Below, one piece after another: positions 1 through 12,069 of a stretch of 64,000 bases of DNA; the first letter of the stretch is position 1; each line of letters begins with the position of its first letter. The stretch lies in contig RHPI01001616.1 in the NCBI GenBank assembly GCA_009103225.1, forward strand, positions 188,640-252,639. Direction: 5' to 3'. The notes below the pieces were generated by a model. That model did not search any database. It was not told where the DNA came from and saw nothing but the letters and a program-made list of their open reading frames with translations. The DNA comes from Chlorokybus atmophyticus. Taxonomy: Eukaryota > Plantae > Mesostigma and Chlorokybus algae. A program made the position numbers and the translations under genes.

Positions 1-650
1 CCAAATTTGGCAAGACCTCAATGGGAGTGAAAAACGCAAGGCATTGTAGGTGCACGTGGTCCACGTGGTGATGCCTATTTCGTATTGTCCACCGCACCAT
101 GCAGCTGCATTGCATATAGTGTACTAGAGTGGGTGTTGGCATGGTTAGATAAAACGCGATATCCTCAGTTAAACTTAACCTTGGTTGTCCAATTGCTCCA
201 TTTACTTGTACTTTAGGTTTATCTTGCATGTACTGCCATACCGCAGATGTAGGAAGGTTCGAGAATGTTGTACACGCCGCACACACTTTTTCCAAACAAT
301 AAGCACGCACTGCATGGCATTAGCGGGGTACTTGCTACCTACGTAGGTAGCAGGGGAGTTTGCATTCACACATGGCCTTTCCGTTGGATGTTGCTTAATG
401 CAAGTGCGTTAAATCCATTATTCCATTGTGGGCAGGGAAACATGCACATCAATCACTTGCCAACTTCACATTAACAGTGTTAAAGTTATGCCAAGCCATG
501 GCATTGCCGCGCAATTAATATGGCGATGTACAAAAGAATATCGAGGCCATGAATTGCTGCATGCAGCACTGTGTTGTCGCGCAGTGTGACTGCTTTATGC
601 TGTTAGGCGATGTTCAATCCTCATACACAAGTGTGTGGGGTAATTACAAG
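1..650 (+). mobile_element. Possible highly degenerate Transib/Chapaev (RAG1-related) DDE transposase relic
   Basis: Stop-ridden translations IWQDLNGSEKRKAL (2-46) and YGDVQKNIEAMNCCMQHCVVAQCDCFMLLGDVQSSYTS (~510-625) loosely resemble RAG1/Transib motifs (NGNxxRKL; YxHxxVxHxxxF...GSxxxxS) in the right order. No TIRs seen. Confidence 0.2.
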
Positions 651-1380
651 CATGAATAGCCATCTATGCAACCAAAAGAGCCATGGTGACAGCAGCTCCG
701 CACTTGCTATAAATACGCTTGCAAGGGAGATTGTATTGCCTCCTGCTGGTTGCGATGGATGAAGCCCACGAACTTTGTGTTCAATCTAAATATGGTAATG
801 CAGCAACGCGTTATACCGGCGATCATAATTGGTTATACAAAACGTCACTTACAAAATCAGTATGACAGCATATACCGTGTTGAATTGGATGTTATGCATA
901 TTATATCATGTTGTGCTTTGTGCAGTATTTAACATGTCATAATAACATATATTGTTTGCTTTAAGACTCATAATACCAATGAATGGTCTTTGGGTATTCA
1001 CTACGCACGATATATGTTGCAACCACCTATGAGTGTATCCTATTGCGAAAGTGTGCTAACGTGAAGTGCTAGTGGTAAGACTGCGTTGCATGATGCAACT
1101 TGCAGGCAAGCTATGTTGCACGCTGTTATGGAGCCTCCGCAAGCGCGACTCTCAACTGAACACGCTCTTTGCATGCATATTCGCGCCAAGGCCTGCGCTG
1201 CGCGAGTCGCACGCACGCACCAAGGCCGTTGAACTGCACCGTCACAGGTCACTGACAACTTGTCACTGACAAGAACGCCTTTTTTGAGGCTTTATCCACC
1301 AGCACTAATTAGGGAGACGGTCACAATCGTAATGCTGGCAGACACGAGTGCCTGTGGTGACTCATGGTTAGCACCCCAAG

Positions 1381-1748
1381 CATCATCGGACATGTGACCG
1401 ATTTCCTTGAAGAAGTCGTCAGGGCTTTAACTGGCGACGACTGACATGCGACGTCAGTCACTACCATAACTGACACTTGACGGGAAATGTTATAGCTGTC
1501 AGGCCGCTGCCGGCCCTAACAGTTAACTTTTGCACCGCGTGCGACGTTCCCTAACCAGGAACCACGGACGGTGTTGTTATCTTTAACCGCCATGCTGGTA
1601 AGTAACGGCAACTGCCCGGCCTGCTTGCGCGTAACGGCGGTTGCAGGCAACTTGCAGCTTTCGTCACCCAGGGACAACGGTACCCGACATGCCGAGCATC
1701 GCATGACAATATGAAGGTACCGGCAGCTTTACGTAGAACGCTCATGAG
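1381..1748 (+). repeat. Diverged dispersed repeat, copy 1 (partner at 4644-4992)
   Basis: Colinear shared blocks: ATCATCGGACA(A)TGTGACCGAT, GGCT(T/C)TAACTGGCGACG, CTGAC..GTCAGTC, CTGTCAGGCC, GCGC(G/T)TAACGGCG, GGACAA..GTACCC, ATGAA(A)GG.AC.GGCA.CTTT. Confidence 0.7.
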
Positions 1749-3011
1749 CGCGACGATGCCAAGGGACACATGATGGGCAATGTTTGCATTAGCTCCGCTA
1801 TTAGCATTGAATGCAAAATGCTTACCCGGTACTTTGTATTGGCTTAGAGCAATTAACGTGAAACAGAGAGCCTCGGATTTCAACATGTAGAAAATTGCAT
1901 CGATTGATATAGGCTTTTATAATAGACGTGGTTATCTCGGCTGAGCTTTCATTGGGTGTGCTTGTTAATATTATATGTTTATTATATTATATTATACATG
2001 TATAATATACATAATGTATCCTTTAAAGCGACTATAAGTACCAAAATCACAACAGGTCACGTAGGGGTGTTGCAGGGGTGTTGCAGCTTAGATAGTAAGT
2101 CAGTATTCATCTTACTTGGCCAATGCACGTGTTATGCCTTAATTGCTCACAAACAATTGCCTGCAAAGCTGCAAGAAGAGCTATCCGCCCCTTTCTTGTC
2201 AATTGAGTTTTAAATGGCTTTTCAGCATAAAATACGTTCTATCAATGCCGTGCAACAATTGCGCATGCATAAATTTGAGGTCCCGAGATGCGGATATACC
2301 AGATGTACTTGACTAGACATACGTAAATAGCATTATCACCATTGGGTGACATGTATGTTTCGTGATACAGAGCCCGTCACAACACACATACATCAGCATG
2401 AACATGAATTTGCAATACAGTACTCAGTGTATCCACGCTGTTCGATAATTGTAGTATATTGATTGCTATTGCTGTAAATTTTGATTGACGTGCTATATAT
2501 AATAAATGTAGTCTCTGGAGAAATCACACCCTTAAGATAACGATATTGTTGATAATGTCAACATACGTGCCATATGGTAGTATCATACGATGAGCATTCT
2601 TTTGTATAACACGTATTTGTGCAATTTGCATTGCCTATGTAAAAGCGCACATATGCGTAGATGCTTGTGCATGCATGTGCGCATGCAAAATTAATAATAT
2701 AACTATTTCAAGTTACATATGTTAGATACGTACGCCTCGCATAATGCATTCGCGTTTAAAAGTTTTATGTGATGCATGATCGTGCATTTAGCACTAAATA
2801 GGGCTAACCATTACCCTATCCTTAGCTGTTTCGCACGCAATGTTCCACTTTGACATGTGCAACTTGATATGTGTTGTAGCCTGTAGCTTCCATCACGTAT
2901 CGTATGCGATGTTGTAATTTGTACCGGTATATACCGGTACAAAATATAACTTGGTCACCTGCTTGCAACTTGTGACATATATGTCACAACTTGCAAGCGG
3001 ATAACCTATTT

Positions 3012-3637
3012 ATGAAGCGTGTGATCCGCGATGCGGAGGGCTCATACTTGCTTAGGTGCCCGATCGGGCGCAACCACACGGCCACTCTTGACGCGCTCCG
3101 GACAAGATGTACGGCGTGCTGAAGGAGGCGTATACGGTCAACAGGGAGTAGACGGGTTTACGCCTTTTTAGGTGGGAGAGTCACGTGGCTGGCGCTTGGA
3201 TGTTGTAGCGTCGGAGGCGGGGCGTAATACACAACTGTATTTGGACGTGGCGGTCATAGCGCAGACGGTCCATTCGGAAAGGGGGGGGGGGNNNNNNNNN
3301 NNNNNNNNNNNNNNNNNNNNNNNNNNNNNNNNNNNNNNNNNNNNNNNNNNNNNNNNNNNNNNNNNNNNNNNNNNNNNNNNNNNNNNNNNNNNNNNNNNNN
3401 NNNNNNNNNNNNNNNNNNNNNNNNNNNNNNNGGGAGGGGGGGGCGAAAAATGGAGTCGGTAAAACGGAAGTAATACGACGTCCATCCCTTCGTCGACACT
3501 TTAGTCCCATTGGCGGTGGAAATCTACATTACACTCGGTCAAGCGCTCGCCGACATTATCGACACGTGCACACGGAGGACACCGGCGGCGGGTAACATTC
3601 TGCTGCGCCAACTGTGTGGTTGTCTAACCATGTATTA
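3012..3637 (+). mobile_element. Degenerate 3' part of a non-LTR retrotransposon with restriction-like endonuclease (CRE/R2-type)
   Basis: Motifs in order: zinc-knuckle remnant SYLLRCPIGRNHTATLDAL(R)DKMYGVLKEA, then RLDVVASEAGRNTQLYLDVAV (PD-D/E), then after the gap ESVKRK*Y...FVDTLVPLAVEIYITLG. Frameshifts and stops; N-gap 3292-3431. Confidence 0.6.
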
Positions 3638-3847
3638 ACAGAGGGTGACGTGCGCGCTGGAACGGAACTAAAGCATCATCGTGTCCTCGTGTGCGGCGCA
3701 GCGGCGGTGGCGGCGGTCCAGTCAGTAGTGCCGACGACGCAGGCGGATGCTTCGCTAACAGCCACGGGCGCTTAGTTGCCTGTACACTTGTGTGGATATG
3801 CATGGTCGGCATTATACGTTGCCGAACATTTTTCCCCTCATATCATA

Positions 3848-4442
3848 GGGTAGAGGTGCCCCATTTGGCTGCTCGCCCTTCTTTGGCCAATGACGGTGTA
3901 ATGAAGGTTGCATGCACGGGTAAGCACGTGGGGCGATGGTTTTTGGGTGTAGTATACTACTCACCGAGGTTTACTTATTGCAAAAACAAGTATTAACATT
4001 GAGCGAACATAGCAGCCATAATAATTTCTGAGAAACAGTGTTTGAAACAGCACAGATTAGGGTTTGGCAGCTAACCCTAAATTATAACACGCCCGTGACT
4101 TTGCCGACCATAAATTCAATTTTTATTTGTTGAACAGTTTATGACAAGAACTAGCCACTATTAAAGTTTTGGGCAATGTAGTGCGGCCAATTAAACGTTG
4201 GAAGGTTCAAAGTCAAAGTGGCCAGTTTAGGGTAAACGTTTACTAACCTAACCTCTCTACCACCCCTACTTTGACACAATGTAACTTTCTCCATACTCAT
4301 CCGTTTATAAAAATAATGATAACGCCGCATAGCTTAACTTCAGGGCTACCAAAAACAGGTACACTTCACCGCCATACACTGTACACAGCGCCCACGGCAA
4401 CCCTAAAACCACAAAAATGCGCCAAATAGGGCACCTCTACCC
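3848..4442. mobile_element. Non-autonomous DNA transposon (MITE), 595 bp, 22-bp TIRs, TA target-site duplication
   Basis: Left TA|GGGTAGAGGTGCCCCATTTGGC; right GCCAAATAGGGCACCTCTACCC|TA (one mismatch). AT-rich non-coding interior with TTAGGGTT/AACCCTAA motifs. Confidence 0.85.
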
Positions 4443-4643
4443 TAGCATGTAGTAGTCCGCACTGCATGCGGTTGCTGCCGAAGGCAATTAGGCCGTCAGC
4501 GCCATTGACACCATGACGCAGCCTTCTCCACTGACTCCGATGCGCCATATTGGCATCAGAGTGACATGATCAAGACGGTCAACTTCAGCATGCATGCCTT
4601 CACCATGTGAGCCGCTCATGCATGGGGGGTAGGCAGAGTTGTT

Positions 4644-4992
4644 TATCATCGGACAATGTGACCGATCGCTTAATTGGAGGCGATGTCCGAGGCTCTAACT
4701 GGCGACGCTGACATCCCCGTCGTCAGTCAATCCCTAACTGACATCAGATTGACGGGGCTGTCAGGTGTCAGGCCTCAATATCGTACTGTAACGTCCCCGC
4801 AAGCCGGACGGGTTATTGTTGACTAAAATGTTAGCACATAGTACTTGCCGTTACACGCTGCGTGCCTGCGCTTAACGGCGATTTCAGGCTGCAACTTTAG
4901 TCAAAGCACGACAAGGACAATAGTACCCAAGTGTACCTTTGTGTTGCACGATGACATGAAAGGGACTGGCACCTTTTCCGCAAAGATCATGG
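4644..4992 (+). repeat. Diverged dispersed repeat, copy 2 (partner at 1381-1748)
   Basis: Same ordered blocks as 1381-1748, with substitutions and small indels. Confidence 0.7.
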
Positions 4993-5947
4993 GAACAAGA
5001 CACCACCTCTCTGAGATTCACCCCACCGATCTGGAAGGGGATCCTATGACGGGGCGTAAACCCCCAAATTGACGCTTGATGCAACACGAACTCTGTTACA
5101 TGATGGAAGGTCACTGAGTCACTGAGCACTGCTTTACATTAGCTCTGTGTAACAACGGGGCACGGGCGTGAGTATAATTGTGACTGAACTGACGCAGTGG
5201 CCTCCCGCTCCAACCGACGCAACGCTGCAAAAAAGAAAACGGGTCAATTGTCTGAGGTTTCGCCAGCCCAAATCCATTAAAATCCTCGAAAATAGCGCCC
5301 ATGCAAATCCGGGCAGCAATGATACCGGTACGTCCCCGCCACAAAGTTTCTGCCCCTTTGCTTGCTGTCTCCGTTCCGTTTCTGGTTTCCCGCTGCAGGT
5401 GGAGCCTGCATATAGTCATGGAGCATGGCACTGCTTGTCCGGGGCACATCTACCTAACATGGATACCGCCTCTGCACATGCTTCCATTTTTCGCCTTGTC
5501 GTAATAACAACCGAAACGATGGTGACACCGGGGACGAAGCACCACACCCGTCTATTCGTGTACTGCATATAACAATAGACGGTACTGCATGAGAGCCCCT
5601 ACTGCCTTGCTGACCGCTACGCTCCCTGCGTGCCTGCTCAGCTGGTTTGTTGGAGTTGACGGCGGCGGCGGCGGTGTCCGCGGCGGCAGTGGCGGCGGTT
5701 GGTTGGGCTGTGGACAATTTCGACCTTGCCATTGTTCGTGGAAAAGTGGTTGGCACGCTCAAAAGCTTGAGAGGCGGCGTGTGTGTGCGTGGGGAGCTGC
5801 TGTCGCTGTTGTTGCTGCTGCTGGTGGTCAGGCGGTTTGCCTCTCCCTTGCTTGGGCAAGGGAGAGGCAGTGGATTGAGTGAGCGAGAGGCTGAAGCTTG
5901 TTGTTTATGTCTGCCGAGGGGTATGGTGCTAGTATACAGCAACTAGC

Positions 5948-8070
5948 ATGCAGGCCAGAGTGAGCTGGCCGCTGGCAGACCATCAACAGGTGCGGATAAG
6001 GTGCAAGGGGCTAGCTGCTGAGCCTGTGGTAGCCAAGGTGAAGGAAAATCACATCGTCGTTGACGAGGCGGTTGAAGCCGATGAAGATGATGTCCGGCAA
6101 CGCATCCACATCTGCCAGAATGGCAATCTGTTCAGACAGCGATACGCCATGGGCAAGAGCCTCGGCAGTGGCGGTATGCAACATGCTAAGTCTCTACGTC
6201 TCTCACACAACTGTGCAATACATGGTTGACTTGTATCCTACACGTAACAAGTACGCAATGCAGTGAAATGTCAGTCATTCACGTTGTCCACCACAGTCAC
6301 AGTGAGGGCTGTAGTAACTTTGGATTAAGGTACCTTTCTGCTGAATGTCTTACACGCGTGGCTTTTTAGGGTTCTCGAAGGTCAAGGAGGGCACAAACTT
6401 GCAAACCGGTGAGAAGGTAGCAATCAAGATTGTCGACAAAGCGCGCTATGCTCCTGGTGATCAGAGTCTACAACGAGAGATTGAGGTGCTCCTGCAGGTA
6501 TGTGTTGGGCTGTGAAGCCTGCTCTTTATGGCTCATGCATGCGGGTTGTATGCATTGAGAATGAAGCCTTGTCCTGCAACGTTCAATACCATGTACATAG
6601 CCCGCTGAGAATCGCATCGCAGGTCAAGCACCCAAACTGCATACAACTCAAGGAGATTTTTGCAACACCGCGCAAAGTCTACCTCATCACCGAACTGTAA
6701 GTAGCAGCTTACATACCACGGTTGTGTACGTGACCCGCACTTTGCTTGTTTGTGTTGATGCCACTGACACGTGTACGTTTGGCCAGTGCAAGGGGCGGAG
6801 AGCTTCTAGAGCGCTTGACAGACCCAAGCAGGCTGCCTGAGGGGAAGTACACCGAAGCACAGTCCAGCGCAATCGTTCGACAGATTCTGGAAGGCGTAGC
6901 CTATCTTCATGACATGGGCATTGTTCACCGTGACCTCAAAGTAAGCGACGAAGTGCACAAAGCCTTTCACTTGCTTCAGCCTCCTGCTTCCAGAGCAACG
7001 CTGTGTGAGCAGTTGCCGCATGTTGTGCGTGGTGCTTGCTTCGCTCATACTGGCACTCGTTGCAGTTGGAGAACTTGCTTCTCAAAGATGAGTCCATGGT
7101 CTCTCCAATCAAGATTGCCGACTTCGGGCTGTCAAAGTTCTTTGTTGGAGATGAGATCTTGCAGACCATGTGTGGCAGTCTGGAATATGTTGCCCCCGAG
7201 GTGCTGGAAACAGGCGTTACGCGCATCTCATATACCCCTGCTATAGATATGTGGTACGTTTGCACCTATGGTTGAGTGCAACGAATCTAGCCATCATTTC
7301 TGCCATCTCAACTGGACTTGTGCTGACTGTGCGCTCTACTGATGCAGGAGCGTCGGTGTTATATTGTACATATTGCTTTCCGGTTTCACACCTTTCTATG
7401 ATGATAATGACCCCGCCTTGATTCGCAAAATCAAAAGAGGAGAGTACTCATTGGATGATCCCGTTTGGAAGAAAGTGTCCGATGCTGGTACGTGGCATTA
7501 CACCCTATGAGTGCAACAGTGCGACCAGCATCATGACACACAATGCTGTTGCAGCCAAGGATGTGGTGGCGGCCTTGTTGACGGTTAACCCAAACCAGCG
7601 GCTGACAGCCAGGGAGGTGCTCGCCCTCGCATGGGTGCAGGTACTTGCTAATCATATTGCATGAGATACTGGCAGGGTCAAGCCCAAAGGCTTAAGGCTT
7701 AAGGCTTAAGGCTGTCATCACTGTGCCGGGCATCATGCATGGCTCACCACACTGACATACCTTCTCAACAAATTGAACAGCATGTTTGCATGCGGTGCAC
7801 ACGTGTGTACCTTACCAGTGGACTGAACTTGTTGTTTACAGGGTGATGTGAAGCCGCCATTGAGCCCAACCTTGCCTGTTCCTGAGAACGTGCAGCAACG
7901 GATCTGCCGCAAGGGCAGCGTGCGTGAGGCACCGACAATGCATCATTCGGTGCGTGCAGCTCTACATATGACCCACGCCTGTGGCTGACTCATGTCCTCT
8001 TGAACACGGCCTACAACAGCACCCTCATGTTTGCCGTATCTCGCAGGAAAGTGGCCAGTCTGACTACTGA
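5948..8070 (+). CDS. Ser/Thr protein kinase, CAMK group (CaMKI-like, no EF hands), about 9 exons; true start uncertain
   Basis: Spliced exons give GKSLGSG|[21 protein letters not shown]|[13 protein letters not shown]|ARGGEL..HRDLK|[22 protein letters not shown]|[16 protein letters not shown]..|..[12 protein letters not shown] junctions stay in frame. Confidence 0.9.
7685..7713. repeat. (AAGGCTT)n minisatellite in kinase intron
   Basis: aaggcttaaggcttaaggcttaaggct. Confidence 0.8.
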
Positions 8071-9276
8071 CAATGTGGATAATGTGGAGGCGGCAGAATC
8101 ATGGTTGTGAGCAGTTGGTTGACGTGGGTGTAAGCATGGAAACTGCGGGACTCAGTTGTAGGTAGTCAAATTTTCTCATCATTCTTCAGATGATAGGCTG
8201 TACATATGGGCGGTTGAGCAGGCTTTGCGGCGGGTTGGTGGACAGAACAGAAGGATAGACGATAGCGATGTGCAGGATGACATATAACCAATAATGCATC
8301 AGGGACTGCCCGATGCCTCGTCAGGCACTCCCTGATTAATACAAACCATTTGCTTAGCTGGTGTGTGCAGCGTGTGGTCACTTGAAAAGCAGCAAGGCCG
8401 GTTCAACGTCAATATGATGCATAGATACTCCATGGTCCCGGGCGTCTCTGTCAGGTGCTGGACTGTTGCTGCTTCCACCTTGGCAGATGCTCCATTTGAT
8501 CCTCTGCTGAGAGGAAACAGCAAAGTTGTTGCCACGTTACACCTGTAGCCACTTGACCTCGGCTTAAATTGAGCACTCAACGAAGATCAAGTAGGTGGCA
8601 TGTCAGTTATGGCGACACATCGCACCACCGACTGCAATGCAGCAGTTGCCGAGCAGCTGGCTATGCTGCTCAGAGCTGGGTCACGTTGTATACTGTTGTG
8701 GTGCGGTGTTGGTTAGGTATGAACACGAACTGTTTGCCATGCACTGATTTTGAAATTCTAATGTTTGACAAAGGCATGCAGGAAGCCAACATGGTCCGCG
8801 CACAATGCTGAATGCCCAATTGACGCAGCTGATGTTTGAACAGCATCTGCGCACACATCTGGCCTCCACCAGCCGCTGAAATCTGGCAGCACACCAAAAC
8901 CAGCGAAGGATAAACTTGGTTGAAGCTGTTGTTAAATCAGGCTGACGAAGCTTATAAGATAGCCCCTGATTCGCTTGTCACAGCAGTGTGTACCAGCACG
9001 GGCATCTCAGCGTAACAAAGATGCGCAGCCACATGCAATATTGCACAACGTGAACAAAAGGTGTCCAGCTACAATACTCATAGCTCTATGTACAGTTCAG
9101 TAGGGTCCTGCGTGCAACAATACTTCGCAGCGAAGAAATGGTCTCAAGGATGTGCGCACACCATAGCAAGTGCCGTACAGAGTGGCCCCATACCGTCAGC
9201 AAGTGCTCCGCCCACACGATGTGCGCATGTGCACGTGCGACACGAGAAACAGAAATTACAGGTGCCATGAACTCAC

Positions 9277-12069
9277 TCAAGCGTGCGGGGACGGCGACCG
9301 TCTGGGGCCTTTTCCTGCTAGGCTTCGCGAGGCATTGTCAGGCGACCCGAGTTTCGAGCTGGTCTCAACCGTCGCAATGCTAGATGGCATGCTTGGTAGA
9401 TCCGCTTGCCACTCGGCTCCCATATCGCTACGCGGTCGCACTTGTCCAACATGCGGGGACACCATCTCCGTGCTGAGAGATGTGGGCGTCGCGGGCGCTT
9501 CGTATGAGGAGACCGCGCATACATGCATGCTCACGCCGTCCATCAGATCCAACTGGGCGGGAGTGCTGTCCAAGCTAATCAGCTGACCACCATCCTCAGC
9601 AGGCGCGTCCAGCGTTATTCTTAGCAAACTCGGGTCGATTTTCAGCTGATCAGCTACTGCGTCCACCACTTGACGGAACTGCATGTCGGCACGCATCGCC
9701 AACGAAAGCCGGGCCTATCACAGCCACAGTGGCAATCACTAAGACGGACAGAATACCTACAAATGCGCATGCACGCGTGCACACATGGATGGGAGTGCAT
9801 GCATGCGTGCGTGCGCGTACTCACAACCACAGGCACCCACACGCGCAAATAAAGACGCGCGTGCATGCGTGTACGTGTGTGCACGTGCACGCATCTACAC
9901 GCTCATACCCTTGCGCACGCGATACACGAGCATCACTGCGTGTGCATACATGACTCTATGTCATATGCGCATGTACATGTGCATGCGTACATGCGTGCGC
10001 GCGCGTGTAATGTGGAAATCCACCTGCGATGTGGAGCTCCCTTCAATCATGTGCTCATGCCCTGGTGGCAACTGAACGACGGCTGTCATCATCACAATCT
10101 TATCATTGGTAGATGACTGCCGCATGCGTGCATCCTTCTGACCCCCCAACCACACTTTGCGCACAGCGCGTGCGCCCTTGCGGCCACCTGCGTGACAGTG
10201 TTATGTCTCATATCTCTCACACGTGTATATAAGACTCCTCTGATCTCTCCGTCTCAACAAGGCAAAGAAACAAGCACTACCTTCGGCCTCCATGACATCC
10301 AATGGATTGTCTGCAACAGTCCCACTCGCAGCCGTGGCAGAACCAGACTGCACTCGCATCTGAGTAAAAGGGTCATATTGATTCACATTGCTCAACACAC
10401 ATTCAAGATGTGTGTTGAGCAATGAGCATGCGTGCGCACACCCACATGCACGCGTGTCCATATGCGCACATGCATACGCACACGCACACACGCACATGTG
10501 TGCATGTGCATGTGCATGTGCGCAAGCACAGATCATTCATGCAACACCAAGTCCCTAGCATAATCTAAGTGGTGCGCTAACCTCATGCCGGCATTGCTCC
10601 AGGTGAGCTGGCAGCTCCATCCGCGTGCCTGTAAAGTTGCACCCTGCGTGCGCGTGCGGGCAGCATGCGGGCTCCTCCAGATACTCGCTGCAGTCGTGCG
10701 TGCTGCTCCCGCCCGCGCGATCCGCCATCGCGACACGCTTCAACGGCGGGAGCGGGTGCGCGTGACCCCACGAGTCCGAATGCGCGCAGATCGGACAGTA
10801 TGGCTCACTGCTGACTGGAGCAAACAACAGAGCGTCAGCGTGACATGTGTGTATGTGTACATGTGTATGTGTGCAAGCAACAATTGCCAGAGAGATCTTG
10901 CGCACGTTTGTGCTGTGACAATGCAAATGCTGTAGGGAAAGCGTAAATACACCGAGCTTGGATGAATGCAATGGCAGACAATATAAAGATGTGTTTTTAC
11001 AACGCAAGAGCACAAGAGAATTCACGCAAATGGTTCACGCGACAACAATGTAGTAGGACATTCACCAGTTGCCATTTTACCATTGTACCATCACATCAAC
11101 AGTGGATGATGACGATGATGATGGTGACGGTGATGATGATGATGACGGCTGTTGTGGTATGTACCAATGCCATGCATGCAGGCTTGGCACAGCGGGTGGC
11201 AGCATCCGGGACCGTTCTCGGTGGTGTACTCCGACTCGCACGCCACGCACAGCTGCGAATGCACCGCACCTGTTGGGGAAGTCCCAACCGGCAACAACGC
11301 CGCCAGATTGCGCCGCCTCCTGCGCTTCCTCTTCATCATACTGCCACCGTCCTGCTAGCAAGCAACACACATCACACGCATCAATGCCAACATAATACAA
11401 TGTCAGTCAAGTGGACAGTCATCATGAATGTGTGAACTGTGGTTGCAATGTGTGTGTGGGCAGTAAAGCTACGCACAGCCCACATGCTGCACAATGAGTA
11501 CGAACTTGCGTGCAGTTGTCTGTGGACTTAATATTGCACTATATTGCGCTCTTGGTAGCTAGTACATAGCTTGAGAGTTGTTAAGAGATGTGAGTTGTGT
11601 TGCTCGGAAGCAACACAATGCGCATGCATGGCAAGGCATTGCGTTGTCTTTTGTTCAGAAACGACAACGCAGCATGTCATAATAGCTGCTTGTGTGGCAA
11701 TCAGCATGCTCAAAGTAACAGCACAGCTGGCGTGCATTGGGGTTTTACGAGCACGACACAGCCAGACAGTGCATGTAAAGCTGCTCAAACCATCAACCTG
11801 AGGTGCCTTCTGCTCACCATGGGGACGTCGCCTGTGCTCGTCATGATCTGCGGCAGCTGATGATGGTGTCGCTGCTGCTCAAACTGCTGCTGGAGCTGCT
11901 GAGGTGGCAGCTGCTGTGGCAAGGGCGGCGCCAGCTGGCAGTCGTCATGGTGCTGCAGCTGCGCCGTCTTCAGCGACAGCGCCTTGACATAACGCGCCAC
12001 CCTGAGCGCAATCTGCTGGCTGCCAATCTCGTCGTCAGCGTCGTATGATGGACCAGCATTCCCAGCCAT
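9277..12069 (-). CDS. C3HC4 RING + TRAF-type zinc finger + SUMO-like (Rad60-SLD-type) domain + ELM2-like motif protein, about 6 exons
   Basis: Exons about 12069-11818, 11351-11165, 10814-10582, 10358-10281, 10082-10025 and 9716-9277 splice in frame. NLS KRKRRRRR; RING CVAC-x11-CCHPLCQAC-x10-CPIC; CPHAHAGCNFTGTRMELPAHLEQC; ..ISLDSTPAQLDLMDGVSMHV; RSDMGAEWQADLP. Confidence 0.75.

Noticed and set aside
4056-4405. TTAGGG-like repeats as an interstitial telomere
   Set aside because: Isolated single units inside the MITE, not a tandem array
5454-5942. 162-aa minus-strand ORF and 5589/5647 plus-strand ORFs as genes
   Set aside because: Low-complexity GCG-rich 5' region of the kinase; no homology signal and no in-frame splice into the kinase could be established
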